Source of the DNA: an uncultured bacterium
Lineage (GTDB): Bacteria; Verrucomicrobiota; Verrucomicrobiia; Limisphaerales; UBA8199
DNA: 46,283 bases
NCBI GenBank assembly: GCA_963749495.1
Contig: CAVVMW010000026.1
Location: 1-46,283 of the forward strand
Reading direction: 5' to 3'
The translations under genes were made by a program, and so were the position numbers. The stretch's first letter is position 1. Each line of letters starts with the position of its first letter. The notes below the pieces were generated by a model. It had not been told where the DNA came from and did not search any database. It worked only from the letters and a program-made list of their open reading frames with translations. Of the stretch, positions 22,733 to 33,176 are shown in pieces.

Positions 22733-22839
22733 CACCCGGCAGCCACTGGCTGTGAGTGGCCTAAACTCTGTTTTTTTGACTTTGTTTTTCGTCCCCGATC
22801 TTAGTTAGTCCGAGTAGGTACTGTGAGCTGCGTTGGCCT

Positions 22840-23418
22840 ATGGGTGCCAAGAAAGAACATCAGTGTGTGGCGGAGCCCTGTTCCAAGTGCGGGCAGGATC
22901 ATTGCCTCTGTTCACCATGTCCCGAAAGAGTGCAAATCCGACCCCAGCCTGTTCCGACTGGGACGCCGACGGTTCTGCGCGACCGTGGACGAGTGAGCAT
23001 TTTCGCCAAGATTTTCAAAAGGGGCCGACGGGCCGACACCGCTTCTGTCCCGAGTCATGCGCCCGGAATTCGGACGTACGACTCATCGTTCAGTGCTGCA
23101 GAAATCCTACGCGACCCTAGCAGGCTCGCTACCGACCGCTCGCTTCGCTGTGCCGAGTGTGGGAAATGCCCACTCCTGAAGAAAAGCGACATAGTCGTCG
23201 GTGGACCTGTGGCATTCAGCGGGTCGTTTCGCGAGATGGCAGAGTGGCAGCAGCAGATTCAGAAGATCGCAGACGCTACCGTGCACATGCGGGCCGGCAG
23301 GTGCACGTCCTGCGGCCGCGTGTATTGCTTTGACTGTATCACAGCCGCTGGCAAGACGCTCCCTGGGGGCGCAAGGGGCTGCCTGCGATGCGGCGCTCGC
23401 TTCGATATTGTCCTCTGA
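22840..23418 (+). CDS. Cys-rich putative zinc-finger hypothetical protein (192 aa)
   Basis: CSKC, CSPC, CAEC, CTSC..CFDC and CLRC motifs; the ORF fills the gap between the two intron copies. Confidence 0.55.
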   Translation: MGAKKEHQCVAEPCSKCGQDHCLCSPCPERVQIRPQPVPTGTPTVLRDRGRVSIFAKIFKRGRRADTASVPSHAPGIRTYDSSFSAAEILRDPSRLATDRSLRCAECGKCPLLKKSDIVVGGPVAFSGSFREMAEWQQQIQKIADATVHMRAGRCTSCGRVYCFDCITAAGKTLPGGARGCLRCGARFDIVL

Positions 23419-23449
23419 CACCGAACAGACTGGGCAAGCCAAAGAAAAC

Positions 23450-23908
23450 GACGTGGCAAAACAGTATGACAAAACAAAGAAGGGAAGGTGAGGCCGAGGG
23501 CCGGCGAGGGCCGAGACCGCCCAGAGCAAGCCGAACAGGCCCAAGCTGGGCGGAGCCCTTCAGACTGGCGTATCAGGCCGTAGTGGCGATTGTAAGCGCG
23601 GGGATAATAAACCGTGCCGAGCCAAGGGCCTGTGGGGCCAGCCGCGGTTCGAGATGTCCGGACGCTGAGCCGGCCACTCAAAGGACGGCCAGTGCTGCGT
23701 TAAACCGGACCGGGAACGGCCCTGGAAGGGCGCCGCCTGAATGGGCTGGGGCTTCCAACCGTATCGGGGAAAGCTCGCCTTACGGGAGAATGAGAGGGGG
23801 GTGGACGAAACGTGAGCAGGATCTGGAGGCCATTTGCCACGATGCTCGAAAGAGCCGATACCATGGAAGCCGCTGGTCTAAACTGGGCGCGCCTCCGCTC
23901 CACTCGAC
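23450..23908 (+). ncRNA. 5'-truncated second copy of the group II intron-like RNA (end of D1 to D6)
   Basis: 23480-23908 aligns without gaps to 22304-22732 (28 mismatches in 429 nt by manual count) and has the same CCACTCGAC 3' end. Confidence 0.8.
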
Positions 23909-23926
23909 AACTGAGAAACGGATGCT

Positions 23927-24961
23927 ATGAATGCAGCAGAGTATGAACCTGGGAGGGGGTGTCCCTACTACTCCGACGGCAAGTGCAGAACTGACAGTGG
24001 TAGTGGTACTATGTCTTGCAGCTTCCGTAGCAACGGAAGAAAGTCGCCTCCGCGCAACTGGCTTCGACGTGTGTGGCAGAGGATGGAGAGGCCATGGAAG
24101 GATTGTCCGTGTTATGTTATGCGGTCGGAATCTGCGGTCCCTTCAGCGCGGATAAGCGCAGCGGCCGCACTCGCGCAAACCGGAACAAACTGGGTCCAAC
24201 AATATCTCAGTGCCGTCTTGGAAGATGGTCTGAAATGTATCCAAGATTACTTTGACGCGAAGAGGTACCAAAAAGGAATCGGCCAACTGAAGCCAGTGTG
24301 TGGTGCCGCGACCACGACAGCCCTGGCTATGTGGAGCCTCTCTACGGTGAAGCAAGACGATGGGAAGGCCCCACCAAATCGGCTCGCCTACCCCAGCGAA
24401 GGGTGGAACGAGAGCGCTGCCGCAGGCCAATTTCTGGGCCGCATGGGAGGCAGGATGTTGGCGGGCATGGAGCTAACAGAGCTTGAGTCGGCTCATGTCG
24501 AACTCAGGTTCCTGATGCTCGGCGGGTACGGGGCGGCAGCCGAACTCCTAATTCTCGCTGACATGACAATCTTCGCCTGGGCTTGCGACCCGCTACATCA
24601 GTACGCTAAGCTCCCGCTCCGCGCCCTTCTCACCAGGCCAAGCCTGTGCGGGCACGGATGGTTCAAATCCGAGGACTGGGAACAGAGGCTGAAATCCGAA
24701 GTCAGGCAGCAGATACTAACCGGACCTATTGCAGGCTTGCTGCCAGCAATGAAAGAATTCGGAACGTCGTTGCTCCGGGCCGCGGCAGCTCTGCCACCGC
24801 ATGTCCATCTCTTGGACGACTCTCTGGATTCGCTTGCGCCGGCCGCGATCGAAGCGCCGTTCCGTGTTTTGCAGGCCTTGGACCCGAATTGGGTAAAGAG
24901 AAGGGGCGCTGCCAAAGCCCGACACGATGTTGGCGAACTCCTAAAGGCACTGCATGAGTGA
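23927..24961 (+). CDS. Hypothetical protein (344 aa) with Cys-containing N-terminus
   Basis: Long ORF starting 18 bp after the intron 3' end; CPYY..C..C..CPCY; no family recognised. Confidence 0.6.
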   Translation: MNAAEYEPGRGCPYYSDGKCRTDSGSGTMSCSFRSNGRKSPPRNWLRRVWQRMERPWKDCPCYVMRSESAVPSARISAAAALAQTGTNWVQQYLSAVLEDGLKCIQDYFDAKRYQKGIGQLKPVCGAATTTALAMWSLSTVKQDDGKAPPNRLAYPSEGWNESAAAGQFLGRMGGRMLAGMELTELESAHVELRFLMLGGYGAAAELLILADMTIFAWACDPLHQYAKLPLRALLTRPSLCGHGWFKSEDWEQRLKSEVRQQILTGPIAGLLPAMKEFGTSLLRAAAALPPHVHLLDDSLDSLAPAAIEAPFRVLQALDPNWVKRRGAAKARHDVGELLKALHE

Positions 24962-25012
24962 GGCGCGGCGGGGTTCGCGAGATAGCGTCTGGTCCAAGAA
25001 CTCGCGTAGCGG

Positions 25013-25180
25013 TCAACGCATCGCATGGTTCGTTTTCCGTCGTATTGCGGGGTGGGCCTGGGCTTGATGGGGTGCCGGACTTCGCCCGATGGCCGCCTGT
25101 AGGCGGGCCTTCGCGCTCTTGGACGCGCCTAAGGGCAGGCGCGCCGCGATGGCCTTTATCGAGCGCGTGGTCTCCTTCCG
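25013..25180 (-). pseudogene. C-terminal HTH remnant of a RAYT-like (Y1) transposase
   Basis: RKETTRSIKAIAARLPLGASKSAKARLQ resembles the C-terminal HTH of PVC-type RAYT/Y1 transposases (recognised from memory). Confidence 0.55.
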
Positions 25181-25189
25181 GGAATTATT

Positions 25190-26620
25190 CCGTCGGGTTC
25201 GGCCCAGAACTGCGGCGGGAGAACATTGAGCGACAGATCGCGGGCCCGGCGCATCAGGCGCGGTCCGGGGCCCGCCGGACGCCTTTTGGCTTTTCGGATG
25301 AAGTCATTTGCCGGCCGCCGATTGGGACCAACGCGGTGGCGCTGGCCCATTTTCATGCCTGGCTCAAGGAACGGGGCGTGGCCCCGGCCGACCTGGGCGT
25401 GGTCTCGCTGGACGACGTTGTGCCCATCGAATCGCCCGCCATGCTGCGCGAGCGGCAGAAGCTGAACCGGTCCGCGGCCAACCGCGTGTTTGTCTGGACG
25501 ACTCGGTTCCGGCAGGATTCGGCCACGCAGCGGCTCAAATGGCTCACCCAGAGCTTTCACCGGCACGCGCCGACCAACGTCCTGACCACTACGCTGGTTG
25601 CCGACCACCCCTACTTCGGCGGTTCGGGGTTGGGGATGGGCATGGACCGCGAGAACACGACCTGGGGCGGCTTTCCCCTCTCCCTGGACTGGTTCGCGCT
25701 GGCCCGCGAACAAGTGGTGGACGTGATCGGGATCGAGGACTGGCTTGGACTCAACTTCATGTACGGGCCCGCGTCCACCTGGGAGGGCTTTCAACTGTTG
25801 GGCTTCCAGGCGGCCATTTTCCGCAGCGGCAGCCAGGGCCGGCTGCCGATTATCACCTGGATCACGCCCAGCGACGAGACCAACCTGCGTCTCAAGAGCG
25901 CTTCGGCCTTGTGCCAGGGGGCCAAGCATTTTTTCTACTGGACCTACGGCCCGACGGCCACCAGCACCGAGAACTACTGGAGCGACTTGCGCAGCGCCTA
26001 TGACGGCATCGTGGCCATCACCCGGCAGCTTGCGGGGGCGGAGCATATCCTTGCGCCGGGCCATACGCGCCCGGCTCGAGTGGCACTGCTCTATAGCCTG
26101 TCGAGCGACCTGTGGCAGCCGTTTGGCTATATCGCCATGGCCGAGCGGCGGCTGACCTATTTTTCGCTCATCCACGACCAGTACCTGGTGGACTTCCTCA
26201 CGGAAGGGGACGTGGAGCAGGGAAGACTGGGCAATTTCAAGGTGCTGTATGTGACGGACCCGTGCGTGTCCGCCGCAGCCTGCGCTGCGATTCGGCGCTG
26301 GGTCAGCAGCGGCGGCTGGCTCTATGGCTCGTGCGCCGCAGCCGGTCGGGACGAGTATGGTGAAGAACAGGCCGGGCTGGCAGACGTGTTTGGCCTCTCA
26401 CCACAACTCGCAATTGAGGTGCAGTCTGGCCGTTTTGATCTGCGGGGACGGTTGAACGATTTGCCGTGGCTGGATCAGGTCAGGTTGCCATCGGATTGGG
26501 AGGGCTTCGGCGCCCTTGGGCTCAGGGTGAAAGTCAGCCAGACGATGGCGAAGGTGACGGGCACGTTCAATGATGGCACACCGGCGGTGCTGACGAACCG
26601 ATTCGGGAAAGGCGCGCAAG
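25190..26620 (+). pseudogene. Internal fragment of a GH42-like / beta-galactosidase trimerisation-domain protein
   Basis: FSDEV, FHAWLKERG, GAKHFFYWTYGP, VALLYS, VDFLTE, KVLYVTD, GTPAVLTNRFGKG. Truncated at both ends. Confidence 0.65.
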
Positions 26621-27050
26621 TCCTGCCCCGCGAAGAAGCGCAGCACAATCGCCAAACGATCCGGCGCGCTCAGTTGATTGATGGCTTGGTCCAAAACCGG
26701 CGCAACGTCATCGAACCTGGCTTCCTCGTGGTCTTCCAGTCCACTCATCTCCACGGCTTGCCTTTCGCGGTTTTGACGGCGGCGCTCGGTGCGCATGGCT
26801 TTGGCGGCCACGAAGCAGGTGTGCTGGTGCAGCCATCCGCCCAGCATCACCTTGTCGGAGAGCCGCCGGCGAGCCGGGCCAAATCGACGAAGACCTCCTG
26901 GGCCACGTCCTGGGCCCGGTCCCTGTCACCGTCCACCAACCGCACCGCCGTCGAATAGACCAAATCGACATAGTCCGCGACCACTTGGCGAAAGGCCTCA
27001 TCAGAGCCGTTCGCGGCGTAGTCGGCGAGCAATCTCAGGCTGTCGGTCAT
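26620..27050 (-). pseudogene. ECF sigma factor N-terminal fragment (copy 1, frameshifted)
   Basis: LLADYAANGSDEAFRQVV..YVDLVYSTAVRLV..AQDVAQEVFVDLAR / LGGWLH..ERRRQNRE..LDQAINQLSAPDRLAIVLRFF. Confidence 0.8.
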
Positions 27051-27138
27051 GTTTCAATCCACTGGTAAAGACCCGCACGGGCGTCGAATCGGACAGGGTT
27101 TTTTCAGGGGCCGCGATCCGCGCCACAGGATATAGACA

Positions 27139-27281
27139 ACCTGGCGAAATTGCTCACTGGCGACACACCAACTCCGGTGCGGCGGCCCCGCCGGGGCTTG
27201 GCCCCCTTCGGCCAAACGGCGCGCCTCGAGGCGGGCGGCAAACTGCTGGCGCCCGGCCGCGGTGTCCATCGGAATGCCCCC
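27139..27281 (-). pseudogene. Central remnant of a RAYT-like (Y1) transposase
   Basis: GIPMDTAAGRQQFAARLEARR...RSWCVASEQFRQ resembles the region preceding the RAYT C-terminal HTH (recognised from memory). Confidence 0.55.
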
Positions 27282-27420
27282 AATGTCGATGATCTCGACG
27301 TCAGCATATGTCAGCGCTCATTCCTGACGCCCTGGTTTGGCCCTCCCCGGGCGAAGCGCCACCGAAGTTGCGTTATGCGGGACTTGCCCCTTTTAGATGC
27401 AGCTACTTGTGCAACGTTCT

Positions 27421-29718
27421 TCATGGCGTGAGCCGCGCCCGGTAGAAACGCTGGGCGCAATTGGTCGAATCAGGATCGTTGAAGTAGAAATGGCCCGTTA
27501 GTAGTGAATTGGTCAGAAGTGGCGTCCAGGATGTCAGGTTCGTCGAAGCTTCAATCACCACCGTTTGCCCTGCCATCCCACTGAGATTGAACGCGAACCC
27601 GTTGGAGATAGAGCTGCCACTGCAGTCCGGAGTCAGGACTATGGGCGTCGGAAGTTGCACGGTGAGCGCTGCCACAGAACTGGTCACACTACCGTAGGTG
27701 TTGGTCACAACAACCGTATAATCGCCAGCGTCACTCATTTGGACGTTGGCAATCGTCAAGTCTGTTGTCGTGGTTCCTGAAATCGTGGCTCCGGAAGACT
27801 GCACACCCTCAGCCAGATTGACACCGTTCTTGCGCCATTGACAGGTCAGCGGGGCAGTGCCAATGGCGGTCACGCTGAAACGGCTTGTGGTTCCCACTAG
27901 ATTCACCTGGCTCTGTGGCTGGCTGTCAATCACCGGTGTCATTCCTCCCGACAGATCAATTCTGAACACCGTGCCAATATTGAAATTGCCGCCGTTAAGT
28001 GTCGTCCCATAGAGCGTACCGCCAGACAAGACCAGATCAGAGGGCCCCGACCCATCGCCATTGCCGGTGAAACTCTTGAGCTTGGTAAAACCCGTGCCAT
28101 CCGTGTTCACCTTGAACACCGTCCCGTCATCCAGAGTCTGGTCGCAGGCAGTATTCCAAGTCGTGCCATAGAGCGTGCCGCCAGACAAGACTAAATCAGC
28201 CTGGGGCCACGCCCCATAGCCGATACCGGTGAAGTTCTTGAGCACGGTATAGCCCGTGCCATCCGTGTTCACCTTGAACACCGTACCGTTGTCCGAGCTG
28301 CCGCCAAGTCGGGTCGTCCCGTATAGCGTGCCGCCAGACAAAATCAAGCCAGCCTGGGGATACCCTCCATCGCTACCGGTGAAGTTCTTGAGCACGGTGT
28401 AGCCCGTGCCATCCGTGTTCACCTTGAACACCGTCCCGGCATTTGAACTGCCGCCACTATACGTCGTCCCGTAAAGCGTGCTGCCAGACAAGACCAGACC
28501 GGCATAGGACGAACCGGGGAAAATCTGGAGCTCGGTGTAGCCCGTTCCGTTCGTGTTCACCTTGAACACCGTTCCACCCATCATCCCGTAAAGAGTGCTG
28601 CCAGACAAGACGAGACCAGCCTGGGGCGAACCTGTGACGCTCTTGAGCACGGTATAGCCCGTTCCGTTCGTGTTCACCTTGAACACCGTCCCCTTATCCG
28701 AACTGCCGCCAGAATACGTCGTCCCGTAAAGCGTGCCGCCAGACAAGACTAGACGAGCCTGCGGCAACGACCCATCGCTACCGGTGAAATTCTTGAGCAC
28801 GGTATAGCCCGTGCCATCTATGTTCACCTTGAACACCGTCCCGGCATTTGAACTGCCGCCATAATACGTTGTCCCGTAAAGCGTGCCGCCAGACAAGACT
28901 AGACCCGCACGGGGCAACGCCGCAGCGCTGTAGGTGAAGTTCTTGAGCACGGCGTAGCCCGTGCCATCCGCGTTCACCTTGAACACCGTCCCCTTATCCG
29001 AACTGCCGCCATAATACGTTGTCCCGTAAAGCGTGCCGCCGGACAAGACCAAGCCACCAAAGGGTTGCGCCCCCTCGCCCGAGTTGGTGAAGCATTTCAG
29101 GACCGCGAACCCCCTCCCATCCGGCTGGATTTTGTACACCGTTCCATAACCGTCAGCATAACCTGCTGTTCCATACAGTGTGCCATCCGGTCCCTGCACC
29201 AACGACGCTTGTGGATTTGACCCCGTCACCCTGGTTAGGTTACCAAAGTTTTTGATGATAGTGCAGGGCGGCCCGGGGGGTGCGGGGTTGGAATGGGGGT
29301 CGCCTGGATTGCTGACCCACGCGCCGGGCGTCGGTGTGCCGGTCCCGTTGGGATCGCCGAGTTCCTGGCCATTGGTTAAGCCGTCGCCGTCGGAGTCCAG
29401 GCCGGCCAGCGTGGCGTTCCATGTCCATTTGTTGTTCTTGAAGCTCTGGCCGAACGGATTGAACCCGAAGCCACTGGTGTGGCAGGTGCTGCAGCTCGCG
29501 ATGCTGCCATTGGGAATCCGCGAGACGAAGGGAGCCAGTCCAAAGGCGCTCTGCGCGGTCAGCGCCAGCGCCCCCGCAGCGATCACAAACCATGAACCGG
29601 TCCAGCGTTCGTTGAAGCCGTTCAGCCTTGGATGTTGGTATAATGATTGTTTGCGGGTCTTCATGGTCGGTTTCTGTTTCGAGGTTTGCTCAGTGATGAG
29701 TTTGGTTTGGTGTTTCAT
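27421..29718 (-). CDS. Secreted protein: CxxCH/temptin-like N-domain + GloVer-type tandem repeats + Ig-like domain + PVC-type C-terminal domain
   Basis: SCSTCH, NPFG, LDSDGDGLTNGQELGDP; about 8 LVLSGGTLYGTT..GG...GTVFKV repeats; QPQSQ...DAGDYTVVVTN; IEASTNL..W...FYRARL. Confidence 0.8.
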   Translation of the reverse strand: MKHQTKLITEQTSKQKPTMKTRKQSLYQHPRLNGFNERWTGSWFVIAAGALALTAQSAFGLAPFVSRIPNGSIASCSTCHTSGFGFNPFGQSFKNNKWTWNATLAGLDSDGDGLTNGQELGDPNGTGTPTPGAWVSNPGDPHSNPAPPGPPCTIIKNFGNLTRVTGSNPQASLVQGPDGTLYGTAGYADGYGTVYKIQPDGRGFAVLKCFTNSGEGAQPFGGLVLSGGTLYGTTYYGGSSDKGTVFKVNADGTGYAVLKNFTYSAAALPRAGLVLSGGTLYGTTYYGGSSNAGTVFKVNIDGTGYTVLKNFTGSDGSLPQARLVLSGGTLYGTTYSGGSSDKGTVFKVNTNGTGYTVLKSVTGSPQAGLVLSGSTLYGMMGGTVFKVNTNGTGYTELQIFPGSSYAGLVLSGSTLYGTTYSGGSSNAGTVFKVNTDGTGYTVLKNFTGSDGGYPQAGLILSGGTLYGTTRLGGSSDNGTVFKVNTDGTGYTVLKNFTGIGYGAWPQADLVLSGGTLYGTTWNTACDQTLDDGTVFKVNTDGTGFTKLKSFTGNGDGSGPSDLVLSGGTLYGTTLNGGNFNIGTVFRIDLSGGMTPVIDSQPQSQVNLVGTTSRFSVTAIGTAPLTCQWRKNGVNLAEGVQSSGATISGTTTTDLTIANVQMSDAGDYTVVVTNTYGSVTSSVAALTVQLPTPIVLTPDCSGSSISNGFAFNLSGMAGQTVVIEASTNLTSWTPLLTNSLLTGHFYFNDPDSTNCAQRFYRARLTP
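27950..29150 (-). repeat. Intragenic tandem repeats (roughly 120-180 bp units)
   Basis: Recurrent GTGTTCACCTTGAACACCGT and GCCGCCAGACAAGAC blocks. Confidence 0.9.
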
Positions 29719-29745
29719 ATTACTTGATTCTCTGGTTATTAGGGG

Positions 29746-29987
29746 TCAGCAGGGCAGACACAGCCCTTGCGGCGCGTTGGGCGCCAACGGCTGGTGACAG
29801 ACTGGGCATGTGCGTTCAGTGCTCACGACTGCGTCCTATCCTTCTTTTAAGAAATCCGCGGCGAAGGTTACACCGAGTGGTTACCCCGCCAGCACCTGGA
29901 AGCGGTGGCGCACCCTTTGAGCCCGTTGAACAGCTCGCCCTGGCCACTGGCGCGCGACTCCGCCCCGAGTTGCTTCACCCCTGCAGG
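29746..29987 (-). pseudogene. Collapsed remnant of an ECF-kinase locus (ECF piece, intergenic motif, 26-codon kinase stub)
   Basis: 29910-29987 matches 33378-33458. 29746-29826 encodes VSTERTCPVCHQPLAPNAPQGLCLPC*, a paralog of the kinase N-terminus. Confidence 0.75.
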
Positions 29988-30210
29988 AGATTTTTGAGGG
30001 CAAGAGGATCAAGCCGACCGAGGCGGCCGCGACCCTGAGCCCCAGAATGGCCGAATTTTCCAAAGCAAAGGCCAAGCAGCCCCGCCGCGGGCCGCCGTAC
30101 TGCTGCCCCCCATACCCGCGCCTGGGTGCCCGCGACGCAGCTACGGCCCGCCCGTGGTGAAGGTCACAGCCACCGGTTCCAGCGCCACACCTTCTTCGCC
30201 GCGGAAAGAA

Positions 30211-31375
30211 TCACGGCAGTTTCCCGCTCGGTTGCGCCTGCGTGGCGGCAAAATCCTTGGCGTAGTCATGGAAGAACGCGACCAGGCGGGGCGCAAACGC
30301 CTCCAAGGTGGGGTACCGATCGCGATGGGCTTCATAATCGCCAAGCAGGTCCGAAAGTTCCTGGATCCACAAAAAGCCGCGGCTCTTTTCGCGCCGAGTA
30401 GCCTCGGAGGCGGCCTTGGTTCCTTCGGTACTGGCGCGCGTAACGGACCCCACAAGCGCGCACCAGCGACTCCCGCAGCATGGTAGCAGCCTCCCCGTAC
30501 GCTTGGGAGCGCATCTTTTGAGCCACTGGTTTGTCGAGTATCTGGGCCGGCGCCCGCAAGTCGTCCCAATGGCGATCAATCAGCGGATTCGCATAAGAAT
30601 GGCCAAATTCGTGCACGACCGTCCCGAGCATGCCGCTGGTGAACTCGGGCAGGCCTGCCGAATCGGTTTGCCAAACGCCCAGCATGCAAAAGAGTTCTTC
30701 CTGCCCTCCCGCAGCCCGGAAGTGCGGGCCATAGCAGCAGCCGCCATTGAGCATTCCGGGGATCACCGTGAAAGCCGCGTTTGGCTTCTCGCCGAAGAAG
30801 TCCCTGAACCATTCCAGGTGCGCCTGCCGGTCCAGCAGTTCTTTGAGCCGGCTTTCAGTGGTCTGGTACAGCGCCCGGTGTTTGGCCATGAAATCATTGA
30901 AGCCGGTGTCTTTGACGAATTGCCGGGCGGCCGCCAGGAAGTCGCTGCCGCTCTTGACCGTCCAGCGCCGGTCAAGGGATTCGGGCCAGGGCACCAGTGG
31001 CGTTCTGAATCGCAAATCGCCCGGATCAGTCAAGTGCACGGCCATGCCCATGCAGGCGTCGTAGGAAACCCCTTGCGTATTCCGCAGCTTGGCCGCCAGC
31101 GCGACTACCGGGTGATCACGAAAAGGTCCGAACTGCCTCTCCGCATCCTCGGCATAGGATTTAACGCGGGCCTGGTTGTATTCGGAGTTGCCGGCCAGCC
31201 GAAAGATCAGGCTCAGCAACTCGACCCGCGCATCCACGTGGATCCGCAGCAACGTGCCGGAACCATCGCGCTTCATTGGCGCTGCCGATTGGGTCGCGCC
31301 ATCCGGCGCTGCTGGAACAAAGCTCTGCGCGCTCCCGGCGCACAGAGCGAGTATGATCAGATGCTTTGCTCTCAT
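30211..31375 (-). CDS. DUF4932-like secreted protein with HExxH motif; frameshift at about 30430
   Basis: VDARVELLSLIFRLAG..EY, VVHEFGHSYANP, RESLVRA; the tail GFLWIQEL..YE..RDRYPTLEAF is in another frame. Confidence 0.7.
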
Positions 31376-31388
31376 AAGGCTTTGAAAT

Positions 31389-33119
<1,731 letters not shown>

Positions 33120-33176
33120 GACTGCGTCCACCCCTGTGTTAAGATTTCGCACCCCGAGGTTACACAAGAGGCCACC

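Noticed and set aside
22261..23908. DGR template/variable repeat pair suggested by A-biased mismatches
   Set aside because: The A bias is limited to about 43 nt and is incomplete; other mismatches are not adenine-specific, no RT is present, and the repeat has group II intron structure.
22290..23930. ORFs 22290-22808 and 23388-23930 as duplicated proteins
   Set aside because: They are translations of the structured RNA repeat; starts and ends differ and no protein motif is evident.
22733..25010. Integron attC sites around the two orphan genes
   Set aside because: No RYYYAAC...GTTRRRY bounded palindromes were seen, and the integrase at 37875 is distant and not evidently IntI-like.
24958..26958. 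666-aa ORF as one real protein
   Set aside because: It is a chance read-through of an antisense RAYT remnant, a GH42-like fragment and an antisense ECF stub.
27950..29150. CRISPR-like periodic repeats
   Set aside because: The units are in-frame coding repeats with similar, not unique, intervening sequence; no cas genes are present.
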